64,000 nt of DNA from Octopus sinensis (GCF_006345805.1 NC_043014.1:15004001-15068000); one strand, 5' to 3'. Shown: positions 40,460-55,774, counted from the first letter of the stretch. Notes: a model not told the origin generated them from the letters alone. Made by a program: numbers and translations.

Positions 40460-41649
40460 GTTTACAATCTGTTTATGCGTTATAGATGTTTCCATAAAGC
40501 GCTAAAATTGTGGTTCGTTTCTATTCCTGGTTCATTTTTCTGCTAATATTACCAAATTGAGTTTTAAAAATGGATTTCCAATTATCATGTGATATATGTG
40601 TATGTTGTCACGTAATAAATATGTTTTTATCATTTTCTAAAAATACTTTTTACATGCAATGCAAAATTTAGAAAAACAAAAGAAAAATATCATTAATTAA
40701 AATGAAAATCTTTTCATAATGGTTGAAAGATAAAAGACATTTACATATAGAGTCGCAGGAGTGGCTGTGTAGTAAGTAACTTGCTTATCAACCACATGGT
40801 TCCGGTTTCAGTCCCTCTGCGTGGTATCTTGGGCAAGTGTCTTCTACTATAGCCTCGACCCGACCAAGGCCTTGTGAGTGGATTTGGTAGACGGAAACTG
40901 AAAGAAGCCCGTCGTATATATGTGTATATATATATATATGTGTGTGGTGTGTCTGTGTTTGTGTGTCTATTTATCCCCCAACTTCGCTTGACAACCGATG
41001 CTGGTGTGTTTACGTCCTTGTAACTTAGCGGTTCGGCAAAAGAAACCGATAGAATAAGTACTAGGCTTTCAAAGAATAAGTCCTGAGGTCGATTTGCTCG
41101 ACTAAAGGCGGTGCTCCAGCATGGCCGCAGTCAAATGACTAAAACAAGTAAAAGAGAGTAAAAGAGAATATATAAGCTGTGCTGAAGAAGGTAAGATTTT
41201 TGTATCAAACCAGTAACCGATCCACATATATATCTGTACCATTAAATATATAGCTTTATGCTATACAGGTATGTGAGAGATTTTTCGATCCGCTTTCTCG
41301 TATAGCGTTGAATCTGTTATTTTCAGTGTAAATTTTGGTCCAAATGAGGGTTTTAGCTCTCATTTCTAGCTGGCAGACACTTTAATGTGTCCTTATGATT
41401 AATATAATTTTAATTCTATAGCTTGCAACCACCTATATTAATATTGTTGTTATTGTCAACTACTTGTATTGGCTTCGATAATAATAAAAATATTGATATC
41501 TATATAAATATTCGCTTCTGAATATTTTTACTGTTTACACACATACATGTATGTATGTATGTATGTATGTATGTATGTATGTATGTATGTATGTATGTAT
41601 GTATGTATGTATAGTGTGTGTGTGTGCGTGTGTTTGTGTGTGTGTGTGT

Positions 41650-42200
41650 AAATATAATATGTGACACTTATTCGGTAGCCATGATAAAACTCCGAGTTTC
41701 GGATTTCAGGTCGGAAACCCACGCCGTCATCTCTTCAGCTATCGGACCATCAAAAAAAAAATGCCCCGCAGAAGAATTCAATATGGACACCTACTACATC
41801 GATTATTCTATGAAAAACATACCTGTACCATCAAAGGAACTATACTCCAAGAAACTTTTGGAGAAAATTACAGACCTTATCAAGCGCATGAGGTGGAAAG
41901 CTTTCTTTTACAACATGGCAGAGGACACTACAGTGAACGTATTCTATGGTATGGATAAAAAGTGTGGATAACTAAAAGTTGGGTCATATTGAATTATAAT
42001 AGAATATGTGGACAAGAGGAAGAAAGAAAAAAAGGAAGAGAGTAAAAAAAGGTGATGGCCCGATAACTGAAGAGATGCCAGTGTGGGTTCCGCCCCGACA
42101 TCCGAATTCGGAGTTTTATCATGGCTATTCCTCTATTTAGGTAATATCGAGGTCGCCTTCATTATTTGTTGTCTTAACATTCTATCAATATATTATATAG
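41650..42200 (+). mobile_element. Internally deleted Penelope-like element (family B) with an inverted 5' and a direct 3' terminal repeat
   Basis: ORF N-terminus YYIDYSMKNIPVPSKELYSKKLLEKITDLIKRMRWKAFF (PLE-like). About 80-bp inverted repeats at 41672-41750 and 42054-42130 carry hammerhead-like motifs. Confidence 0.75.
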
Positions 42201-42223
42201 ATAATATATATATAGATATATAT

Positions 42224-42276
<53 letters not shown>

Positions 42277-42638
42277 CCCCTCCGCAAAAAATCTCAAATT
42301 TTATTTAATTTGGCTTTGCGGAATGACTGTTTCCTCGAAGTCGTGTCTCGCCTTTACCTTCGAAACACGGAGTAGACGAAACAGAGGCGGCTGAAGAAGG
42401 GAAATTTTCCTTGTGTTGTATGTCTTGTACTCTATATCTTCGTTGTTTAAAAAAATGTCTGTTTCCTCGGTTTTGTTTTTATGTTTTCGTTTCTCATTGT
42501 GTTCGACTTTTTTTTTGGTGCCTTGTACCCATATATGCATGTATATATACATATAGATGTAGGTACGTACATATATGTATGTATATATGCATATGTTTTA
42601 TTTATTATTTTGTTATTATATATATATATATACACACA

Positions 42639-43555
<917 letters not shown>

Positions 43556-44213
43556 ATATTATATATATAGATATATATAGTATATATATATGTAGTATGT
43601 ATGTATATATGTATATATATATGTACGAAGTACATATGTATGTATGTACGACGAGCTTCTTTCAGTCTCCGTCGACCAAATCTACTCACAAGGCTTTAAT
43701 CGGACCGATGCTATAGGAGCTAACACTTGCCCGAATTGTTAGGCAGTGAGGCTGAACCCGATACATATATCAATCCATTCATCCATCCATCCATACACCC
43801 ATACACCCATACACACATACATACATACATACATACATACATACATACATACATACATACATACATACATACATACATAGGGTAACTTAATGTAGGGTCA
43901 GAACTGTTTACAATACAGTTGCAGGATAAACATTTATTGATGTTATATGTAAAATCGCTGTGTCGTGCGACTGTTAGTTTTGCTAATGCAGTAAGCTGGT
44001 TACAAAGCCGTTAGTGCTCCACCTTAAATGTTTTCGCGTATTGCTTTATGGGCGTGCTTTTACTGCACAGTAAATGTCCATTTTGCTGTGTTATTGTCTT
44101 GTGTTGTCCTGAATATTGCTGTGATTGAATAATTCCATGTTCATGAGCACAGGATTCCATATATAGCATACATACTTATAACAGATGCATATTTACATGT
44201 GTTGCACGGATGC

Positions 44214-44270
<57 letters not shown>

Positions 44271-45049
44271 TTCTAGAATTATAGAAATAATATATATATA
44301 TATATAGATATAATATATGTATGTATGTGGTATGTTATGTATATATATGTGTTATATCTATATATATATATATCCTCTATATATCTATATAATATATATC
44401 TATCTATATATATATATATAATAACCACATGTATATGGCACGTGTGAGCACGTTTCCGCACATATTTCTGTATATGTGCGCATGTACGTTTTTATGTGTA
44501 GTATGTGTGTTGAGTTCAAATCAGATAGATATATATCTATATATATATATATATATATATAGTATATCTATATATATATATAGATATCTTCTTTTACCTC
44601 GTTTATCTGTTTCAGTCAGGACTTATTTTGTAAGCGTAGTACTTACTCTATCAGTCTCTTGCCGAACCGCTAGTTTCCAGAGACGTAAACATACCAACAT
44701 CTGTTGTCAATTAACGGAGGGGACCACACAGACACACAAATACATGCATGCATACATATATACACACACACATATATATATATATGTGTGTGTGTATATA
44801 GAGAGAGGGAGAGAGAGAGAAAGAGACAGAGAAAGAGAAAGCAAGAGAGAGATTTAACACAACTAGATCACATTATGCAAACAAACAGTTGCATAATTGA
44901 ATACCTGTATTCTTGGAGAACTACGTTGCGTCGAAACAATTGTAGGGAATAATAAATAGATGGCCAACCGTGCTCCTTCTTCTTGACTCAAATGTCTTCA
45001 ATATTATATATATATATATATATAATTATATATATATATATACATACAT

Positions 45050-45235
45050 AGTTGAGATTTACTGAAAAACAAAAGTCGAAGACAGGTGTATAAACAACAA
45101 GCAGGTGTACTAGTTTGACGCTCGGGAAGGTAAGAAAGTCTTTTACGTTTCGAGCCTACGCTCTTCAACAGAAAGAAACACGATGAAATAAAGAGAGAGA
45201 ATAAAAAACTTTTGGAGTTAGCCGTCAATATATGT
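45050..45235 (-). mobile_element. Solo PLE terminal repeat (family C) with a hammerhead motif at 45139-45176
   Basis: UCUUU-CUGUUGA-a-GAGCguagGCUC-GAAA-CG-UA-AAAGA. Confidence 0.6.
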
Positions 45236-45870
45236 GTGTGTGCGCGCGCACATGTATATTTATGTACATATACACATATCATACATACATATATAAACAC
45301 ATGCATACATACATGCATTCATGCATACATAGGGAATTCGGTAGACTGAAACTGTGTGGAAGCCTGCCATAGGTATATGTGTGTATCTTCGCATTTGCGT
45401 TTGTCCTCTGCCATCATTTGGTAACCGGTGCTGGTTTGTTTACGTCCACGTAACTTAAAGACCTTGAAGTATTAGAATTGACTTGTTCAACTAAAACTCT
45501 TCAAGGTGAATCCCTAGCATAGTTGCAGTCTAATTACTAAAACAAGTTTAAAATAATATTAAAAAATGGATGTCAATGAGATACCAATACGATAGCAAAC
45601 TATGTCAATTAGTTTGCTTTTCTCTTTCAAGAAGAATCCCAGCTTTTATGCAAGTATGTATCTGTATGTATGTATGTATGTATGTATGTATGTATGTATG
45701 TACGTATGTATGTATGTATGTGTGTATGTATGTATGTATGTATATATATGTGTATGTGTATGTGTATGAATATATGTTTGTATATAATCATACATATGTA
45801 CGTATGCCGTAAAGGCGTACATACAAACATGTATAACACACAAATACATATACATGCATACATAACATAC

Positions 45871-45917
<47 letters not shown>

Positions 45918-45935
45918 TATTATATAGTATATATA

Positions 45936-46134
45936 TGGGGTTGCTGAAAAGTTCTTGGCTTAAGGGGCATCACTAAAAGCCTAGTTGGAGACCCAAAGGG
46001 TCGAATGCTTTTACAAGGCTTAGAAAAACTGAAAGACCGCTGCACTAAGTGCGTGAACCTTGAATAAAATCATAAAGTGATCTACTTCGTGTATGTGTTT
46101 TTTTACCCAAGGCCAAGAACTTTTCAACAGCCCC
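45936..46134. mobile_element. Mariner-derived MITE (about 200 bp)
   Basis: TIRs tggggttgctgaaaagttcttggctt / aaggccaagaacttttcaacagccccca; residual C-terminal coding EKLKDRCTKCVNL. Confidence 0.75.
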
Positions 46135-46672
46135 CACCCCCACCCCCGTATATATATACATGTATAGTACATCAACTAGTAAACCAAGCGTGCTTTTCTT
46201 TTCCCAATGTTTTTCGAAATATGAAACGAAAGATTTATCGCTTCTGATGAAGCGATATATGTATATATACGTACATGCATACATACAATAACAGAAAGTG
46301 TGATCTATATATATCTAAGAGTTATTCTTCCAACAGATGGCATTATAATATTGTTTATATATTGTACAACAGCAACGTCATGCGAGATTGGATGATAATA
46401 CCCATATGAGATTTTCGGGTCACTACAGATTACGTTTGTAATATATTTCGTAGTAATGTGACACAATCGACATTTTCGGTTACATCTTGGTCGTTTAATG
46501 GCTTCTTTTGTCTCTTTTATTCATTTGCTATTACGTTGCTATCTCTGGCTCTGGGATTTATCATCTGTTCTTGCTTTGCAAAAGCTAAGCATCGAAATAT
46601 GACTTTGACGTTATACAGCAGTCACGAGTCAAGAGAAGCTACACATTCCTCAAATATATCCAGCTTATAACG

Positions 46673-46729
<57 letters not shown>

Positions 46730-46744
46730 GCTCTAGATAGATAA

Positions 46745-46840
<96 letters not shown>

Positions 46841-46866
46841 GCAGATAGATAGATAGACAGACAGAC

Positions 46867-46933
<67 letters not shown>

Positions 46934-47220
46934 CTTCTTTATTGACCACGTAGGGCTGAACACTTAAGAGACAAAATACAAAGTAGAGCTTTCCTTTTGG
47001 GGAAGATGAGAAGGGAAAAAATGTGGGTCAAATTGCGATCAAAAGGGGTCGTTAAAAAAAGTGGGGACGATCAATAGGGATCGTGTATCACAGAAATGTC
47101 AATGTGAAAAGAGAAAAAAGATTAGTTTTATCTGTGGATGGAAAAGCCTACGGAAAATACCACGGAAACCTTGGGCAATAGTGTCATAGACAGACAGACA
47201 GACAGACAGCTAGATAGATG

Positions 47221-47296
<76 letters not shown>

Positions 47297-49623
47297 TGGA
47301 CTGCGACCAAGCTGGTGGACTGCTTTGAAAGTTTTAATCCAGTGTTCTCGTCCATTTTTTTTTTAAATTTGTGGAATCGTTAATTATTATCTTATTCTGG
47401 TAGATCCCCATAGCCATTCCATGATCAAAGGCTGATTTTATAGATACTTCTTCCAAATTTCCTGTTTCGTTTTTCACACGTTGATTTGTCTTGGTTTACA
47501 ACAGCACTCTCTTCGAGAACATGTCTCAGTGATCGGAAAATTGTTGAACTACGTAATACATCGGAGAAAGAAACTGAGCTGTTTCCCGTCATAAATACAT
47601 CAAAAGCAAAACTTTTTCATGGATCCTTAAAATACTGCTGTGAATTCCCAATTTATTATTCCGCTTGCATAGACCCCGTCCCTACCCCAAAAAAATCTCA
47701 TATGAACCCCAGTTGAGAAGTAATTGTTTTAATCGAACAAATTGCCCACCATTTATATATTTTTTAGTTTCGTACTAATTCTTTGGTCATCTGCCGAACC
47801 ACCAAATAACGGTTTCAAATTTTGACAGCAGGCAACAGGTTTAGGGAATGGGGTATATCGATTACATTGACCCCAATATTCAACTGGTACTTATTTCGTC
47901 GATGAAAGGAAAAGTTGAGTTCGGCGGAATTTGAACTCAGAATGTAAAGAAAGACGGAACGCCGCTAAAAACTTTGCCCGACGTACTAACGATTCTACAA
48001 GCTCGCAGCCGTCGAACCGCTAAATAATCGTTTCAAATTTTGGCACAAGGCCAGTAATTTTAGGGAGAGCTAAGTACCATTGAATACTGGTACTTATTTT
48101 ACCGTCCCCGAAAGGACGAAAGGCAAAGTCGACCTCGGTGGTATTTGAACTCAGAACGTAAAGACGAACAGAATGCTGCTATGCATTTTCCCCGCCGTAG
48201 CTAACAATTCTTATTTCTTTACTACCCACAAGGGGCTACACACAGAGGGGACAAACAAGCACAGACAAAGGGATTGAGTCGATTATATCGACCCCAGTGC
48301 GTAACTGGTACTTATTTAATCGAGCCCGAAAGGATGAAAGGCAAAGTCGACCTCGGCGGAATTTGAACTCAGAACATAGCGGCAGACGAAATACTGCTAA
48401 ACATTTCGCCCGGCGTGCTAACGATTCTGCCAGCTCACCGCCTTCAAACCTCTAAATAATCCTTTCTACAATAAGCACAAGGCCTGAAATTTGAGGGGAG
48501 GAAAGAAGTCGATTACATCGACCCCAGTACTCAACTGGTATTTATTTCATCGACTCCAAAAGAATAAAAGACAAATTCGACCTCAGCGGTATTTGAACTC
48601 AGAACGCAAAGCCGGAAGAAATGCCGCTAATCATCTTGCCCACGTTGCTAACGATTCTGCCAGCTCAACGCTAAATAATAAGAGCTTCTTAACCACACAA
48701 CAGCGTCAATGAACATTTATACAACATTCTTTTTTACTCAAGGCACAAGGCCTGCAATTTTGAGGAGAGGGCCAATCGGTTACATCGACCCCAGTACACA
48801 AATGGTTCTTAATTTATCGACCCCGAAAGGATGAAAGGCAAAGTCGACCTCGGCGGAATTTTAACTCAGAACATAAAGAGAGATGAAATACATATTTCTA
48901 TTTCTTTACTACCCACAAGGAGCTAAACACAGAGAGTACAAACAAGGCCAGACAAACGGATTAAGTCAATTACATCGACCCCAGTGCGTAACTGGTACTT
49001 ATTTAATCGACCCCGAAAGGATGAATGGCAAAGTCGACCTCGGCGGAATTTTGACTCAGAACGTAACAGCAGACGAAATACCGCTAAGCATTTCGCCCGG
49101 CTTGCTAACGATTCTGCCAGCTCGCCGCCTTCTAACCGCTAAATAATAAGAGCTTCTTAACCACACAACAACGTCAATGAGCATTTATACAACATTACAA
49201 GGACTCAACAATTGAGTGTCCTGGAATGAACACTTGCACACAATCGCATGTGCATGTCACACTGGCACAGTGTGACATGCACATGCGATACATAAACAGT
49301 TGTAAGGTACATACTTGTATGATGAAATGGCAGGCATACACCGCACAATCTTTGACTGTAAGTTTATTTATACATTCTGTTGTGTCTGGGGAGAGTCATT
49401 TTCTTTTTGTGCCTTATAATCTAACACACTCACCGCTAAAATTTCCACTTAACTTATTCCTTATTTTTATTTTCCTAAAATTTTCGTTGCGCTTTGCAAC
49501 CTTTTCAGACTATGGAAAAGGTTGCAAGACGCAACGAAAATTTATGTGTGTGTGTGTGTGCGCGCGCGCGCGCGCGTGTGTGTATATGTATGTATATGTA
49601 TGTATATGTATGTATTCAGAAAA

Positions 49624-49917
49624 TAAGACAAGGTAGAAAATGCAAAAAGGATTTTATCATGAAAAACATTTTAGTACCGGTTTCAACCTTTGAGATTTTT
49701 TCAGCTTAGAGCAAAGCATGGAAAGCAATTAAATCGTGGAAAAATTAAATTAATGTTTTTTTAAATATTTCCATAGTTTTCAAATACAAGGGACATTTTC
49801 CTTATTTCTGTAATTGTTTTTCATACTTTACTCTAAGTTGAAAAATCGCAGAGACTGAAACCGGTACTAAAATGTTCTTCATGAAAAAATTATTTTAGCA
49901 TTTTCTACCTTATCTTA
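49624..49917. mobile_element. MITE with long (about 85 bp) imperfect TIRs
   Basis: taagacaaggtagaaaatgc...catgaaaaacattttagtaccggtttca vs tgaaaccggtactaaaatgttcttcatg...gcattttctaccttatctta. Confidence 0.8.
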
Positions 49918-50989
49918 CTTTCCTTATACATATCAACTCGTGTGTTACTTTCCATGCTGATGTTGCGCTCCTCTCTCTCCCTCTCCTCCTCCTCCTCCTC
50001 CTCCTCCTCCTCCTTCCCGCCCTCTCTCTCTCTCCCTCTCCTCTCTCTCTCTTCGCTCCTCTCTCTCTCTCTCTCTAGCTGTCATGTTCTCGATTTTACA
50101 GTGAAACAAAGGCTGAACAATGAGACGTTTGCTCATGACTATATATTCACCTTAAACAATTAGCGAAAACCTGCCAGAAGATAGCCCGTCATACTCGCTC
50201 GCGAGTGACGTCTAGGCATATTATAAATATATAGGAGGTGGGGAGACTAGCACAGATAGATAGATACATACATACATACATACATACATACATACATACA
50301 TACATACATACGTACATATATACATACATACAAACAGACAAAAGACAGACAGACAGACAGACTTAGAAAGACAGACATATAGATAGATATATTTCTTTAT
50401 TATCTACAAGGGGCTAAACATAGAGGGAACAAACAAGGACAGACAAAGGTATTATGTCGATTACATTGATCCCAGTGCGTAACTGGTACTTAATTTATCG
50501 ACCCCGAAAGGATGAAAAGCAAAGTCGACCTCGGCGGAATTTGAACTCAGAACGTAACGGCAGACGAAATATGGCTACGCATTTCGCCCGGCGTGCTAAC
50601 GTTTCTGCCAGCTCGCCACATACATACATACATACATACATACATACATACATACATACATACATACATACATACATACATAGACTATCAGACAGACAGA
50701 TTGATAGATAGATACATAGCTAGAAAACCAGACACATACATATACACACACAGACAGACAGATACACATAGTTCTTTACCTTAACATATAAACGTGTACA
50801 CATATACATATAACCATAGAAATACACGCAAAGCTTACGCATACATCTACATATATTCACTTCCATACATATATATATGTACGCACTTTTAGCTGGTCCC
50901 TCAACCCTATTATCTCCCCTTATTTCGCTCTCGCGTCTCATGTTTGATCTTTGACCTCTGGCCGAAATCAGATCGCCATGTTGATTCGT

Positions 50990-51183
50990 TAGCTACTGCA
51001 CGCATTTTTTTTCTCTCCTTTTTCTGTGTTTTTTCCTCTCTGTGGTATCTTTCTGTTGAAGAGCGTAGGCTCGAAACGTTAAAGACTTGTTTTATTTATA
51101 TTTCCTGAGCGCCATACTAATACATTGTTCGTTGTTTTCCACCCCTGCCTTCGTCTTTTGTTTATTTTCATAAAGCTTGCCGT

Positions 51184-51185
<2 letters not shown>
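50990..51185 (+). mobile_element. Solo PLE terminal repeat (family C) with a hammerhead motif at 51048-51085
   Basis: UCUUU-CUGUUGA-a-GAGCguagGCUC-GAAA-CG-UU-AAAGA. Confidence 0.6.
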
Positions 51186-51224
<39 letters not shown>

Positions 51225-51624
51225 CGCAATGCATATGTATATACGTAAAAATAGACAGAGTTGTGTGTGTGTGGTGTGTGCGTGTGTGCGTGCGTGCTGC
51301 GTGCGTTCGTGTGTGTGTAATAGTTAAGGTGTTATATCGCTTAAAATTACTGAGGCAGATTTCAGCTGTAAAATAGCATCACAGCTGGCAAACCCGCTCT
51401 ACGCAGTAGAAATAGCAGCCAAAATCTCCGTCAAATCGCTGTTCGCCATGTCAAAATGTGAGCCACGTTGGGTAATGTGTTACTGGTTTTCCATACATGT
51501 AGGGAAAAAGCAGTAAGAGGGTCACGGCTAAAAGGCCATGACCCATGATCGTAGATTTAGCTGGTCAGGTCTGACCTGGGGCTAAACAATTACACGCATG
51601 TTAGCACACGCAACACTCACGAAC

Positions 51625-51757
51625 ACACACAAAATACTCACGCGCACACACAAAATACTCATGCGCACACACAAAATACTCACGCGCACACACAAAATAC
51701 TCACGCGCACACACAAAATACTCACGCGCACACACAAAATACTCACGCGCACACACA
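51625..51757. repeat. 21-bp minisatellite (cacacaaaatactcacgcgca) x about 6
   Basis: Direct reading; gives a repeated VRVSILC on the minus strand. Confidence 0.9.
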
Positions 51758-52176
51758 CATGAATACACACACAGACACACACGCACCAGGAGCAACTTAC
51801 AAAACACACTCGCAAAATCAACAACACTCACACACTCATACACGCACACAGACACACACACACACATACACACACACACATACACACATAAACATACTCA
51901 AACACACCTGTTCCCGCAACATATATAATCCACACACAATTTCTAACACACACACACCACACACACACTATGCATGCACAAGCACACAAACACAGACACA
52001 CACAAACACGCACGCTCATACGCAATACATAGAGGTATACTACACACACACACACACACAATACCACATATGCACACACATGCCCTGACGACATGTGTAT
52101 GTAATTCACATACAACACTTATACTTACATACACAACCACACACATACACACGCACGTATACACACACAGCACACT

Positions 52177-52276
52177 NNNNNNNNNNNNNNNNNNNNNNNN
52201 NNNNNNNNNNNNNNNNNNNNNNNNNNNNNNNNNNNNNNNNNNNNNNNNNNNNNNNNNNNNNNNNNNNNNNNNNNNN
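52177..52276. other. Assembly gap (100 N)
   Basis: Run of exactly 100 n. Confidence 1.
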
Positions 52277-53199
52277 CATCACCATCGTCATCATCTTCAT
52301 CATCTTCATCATCATCATCATCATCATTATCCTCATCATCTTATTCACCATCGTCATCGTTCTCATCGCCACTATGACCAGCATCAGTATCGTCTTCATC
52401 CCCTCATGATCAGTATCAAGGCCGCTTACATCATCCCACCGCTACCATCATTATCCATACTATCACTTTCTATCACCGTGACCCCCCCTCACCTGCATTA
52501 TCACCATCACCATTTCTAACATCAACACCACCGCCTTGAAGACCACCCATACCATGTCGCTACCGCCATCGCATCATCAGCGCCGTTAGACATATCCTCC
52601 ATTACCATCTTCGCCCACATCACTTCCATTATTAATGCCATCTGTGGTCACCACAACCATCAAAACCAACATCATCACTGTGATCATCACAACCAGTGGC
52701 GTCGTAATAATAGTAAAAGATCCCCAGCATGGCCGCGGCCTTCGGGCTAAAACATTTTTAAGGATTTAAGGATTTAAGAAGCAGTGGGAAGAGCATCATA
52801 GCCGTTTGTTGAGGGGGCTTCTTAGGGATTTGAACAATTCAACGTCCGGAAACATGGATGTTATTTCAACATCCTTCAACAACCCTTATTCAGAGACCTT
52901 TTGAGCAGGATGGGCTACTCGTCCGGAAGAAAATTTTAACTGGGCCCCCACCTGCAAAGTCATGCGTTGGTTATCTCGATATGAAGCTACCATGTCGCGC
53001 ACATATGGTTGTGATGCATGTGCCTGGTGTAATCTTACTGGACGGGTAGACATGATGGGTATATTGGGATTCATATATTTGTACCCCAACATAACTTTGA
53101 TGGCATGCACTACTCTCTCACTCAATAATAATAATAATAATAATAGTAATAATAATAATAATAATAATAAAATAATAATAATAATAATAATAATAATAA

Positions 53200-53730
53200 T
53201 TAAAGACGGAGAAGAAATACTAGTAGACTAATAGGTGTAAGTGTTCCAACTGATAAAAATATATCTGTCGAGGAATTTGACAAATTAAGTAAATATAAGG
53301 ACCTGGGAATAGAAATGCAAAAGATGTGGCATCTTAAAGCGAGAACTGTTCCTGTTATTGTGGGTGCCCTTGGCATGATAAGAAAGGGATGTCAGAAACA
53401 TCTAGATAATATCCCAGGAGAACCATGTCTCAAAGAAATCCAAAAGATTTTTCTGACAAGTACTGCACGCATCCTTAGAGAAATCATATCAATTTAAATG
53501 TATGTCGCTACCACCATCACCATCATCAGCACTGCTAGACATATCCTCTCACCCCTATCGTTACCATCATGTATGACATGAAAATATTTCGCTACTGTCC
53601 CTGTCACATTCCCTCCCCAAGCTTTCAGTCATACAGTAACATCTCTTATCCTTCACTAGCCCCAGGACGCTGGGTGTGTCTCGGCGAGTAATTGTAACAA
53701 ACATGCAAATTAAAAGTAAATAATAATAAT
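53200..53730 (+). mobile_element. 3' end of an R4/Dong-like LINE flanked by (TAA)n
   Basis: GVSVPTDKNISVEEFDKLSKYKDLGIEMQKMWHLKARTVPVIVGALGMI...EIQKIFLTSTARILR. Preceded by (AAT)n (53125-53200) and followed by aataataataat at about 53720. Confidence 0.75.
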
Positions 53731-53948
53731 CCTTTTTACTATAGGCACAAGACCTGAAATTTAGGTGAGGGGGATAGTCGATAACATCGACCCCAATGCG
53801 TAATTGGTACTTAATTTGACCGCGAAAAGATGAAAGACGAAGTCGACCTCGGCGGAATTTGAACTCAGAACATAGTTTGCAGACGAAATAATGCTAAGCA
53901 TTTCGCCCGGCATACTAACGATTATGCCAGCCTACTGCCTTAATAATA

Positions 53949-53997
<49 letters not shown>

Positions 53998-54424
53998 CCT
54001 TTTTACTGGAAGCACAAGGCCTCAAATTTTGGGGAAGGGATTAAGTCGATTACATCGACCCCACTGCGTAATTGGTACTTATTTAATCGACTCCGAAAGG
54101 ATAAAAAGCAAAGTCGACCTCGGAGGAATTTGAACTCAGAACGCAGCGCCGAGCGAAATACCGCTAAACATTTCGCCCAGCGTGCTAACGATTCTGACAG
54201 CTCGTCGAATCCTTTCTTCTAAAGGCACAAGGCCTGAAATTTTGAGGGAAGCGGTAAGTCAATTACATTGACCCCCAGTGTTTCACTGCTACTTAATTTA
54301 TCGACCCCGAAAGGATGAAAGGCAAAGTCAACCTTGGCAGAATTTTAATTCAGAACACAGAGATGGGCGAAATACCATTCAGCATTTTGTCCATTGCACT
54401 AACAATCCTGCCAGCTCACCACCT

Positions 54425-54429
54425 TAATG

Positions 54430-54483
<54 letters not shown>

Positions 54484-54553
54484 TAATAATAATAATAATA
54501 TAATAATAATAATAATATTATAATAATAATAATAATAATAATAATATATAATA

Positions 54554-54584
<31 letters not shown>

Positions 54585-54585
54585 C
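54425..54585. repeat. (AAT)n microsatellite
   Basis: Direct reading. Confidence 0.95.
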
Positions 54586-55133
54586 GCCTCCATCACTATC
54601 ACCACTACCATCATCACCACCATTATGAAATACATATATTTCAATATGTCTGCCAAGTGACATAATATACAATTAATTTAATCATCATGTAGGAAGACAC
54701 AGCGAGATAACTTACTGTTAAGTTATTGATAATGAAATAATGGCTGTTTATGATGTGTCTATTTCTATGTCTGTGTCTGCTTTTTGTATCAGTATGTGTG
54801 CGTGTGTGTGCATGCGTGTGTCAGTGTGTGTGTGTGTCTGTGTGGCTTGTATATGTGGAGGCGGCTGAATGGTTAAATGTGCTAGTGTTTAGGTGTCCTG
54901 TTTGTATGTGTGTGCATGTGTTTATATGTGTATGTGTTTATGTGCATGTGTGTAGCTGTGTGTGAGTGTGTACGTGTGTGTGTGTGTGTGTGTGTTTGTT
55001 TGCAGGCGTCCATGTGTTCACATGTGTACGTGTAGATTCGTGTACTCGCTTGTGTGTAAAGGTATATAACTTAGCTTCTGTGTGTTTGTGTGTGTATGTG
55101 TTTGTGTGCATGCTTATGTATGTATATATATGT

Positions 55134-55179
<46 letters not shown>

Positions 55180-55490
55180 ATTGTATGTAATGTTTTATTC
55201 GTTTATTCTTTTATTTGTTTCAGTCATTTGACTACGGCCATGCTGGAGCACCACCTTTAGTCGAGCAAATCGACCCCAGGACATATATTTTGTAAGCCTA
55301 GTACTTATTCTATCGAGTCTCTTTTGCCGAACCGCTAAGTTACGAGAACGTAAACGCACCAGCATCGGTTGTCAAGCGATGTTGGGGGGACAAACACAGA
55401 CGCACAAACATACATACATACATACATACATACATACATACATACATACATACATACATACATACATACAAGCATACATGCATACATATA

Positions 55491-55557
<67 letters not shown>

Positions 55558-55774
55558 ACACACAACACGATGGTTTTCTTTCAATTTCCATACACCAAAT
55601 CCACTCACAAGACTTTGATCGGCCCCGAGACTATAGTAGAAACACTTGCCCACGCTGTGGGACTGAAGCTGGAACAACGTGGTTGGTTAGCAAGCTTCTT
55701 ATTTCTTTATTGCCTACAAGGGGCTAAACATAGAGGGGACAAACAAGGACAGACAAACGGATTAGTGCGTAACT

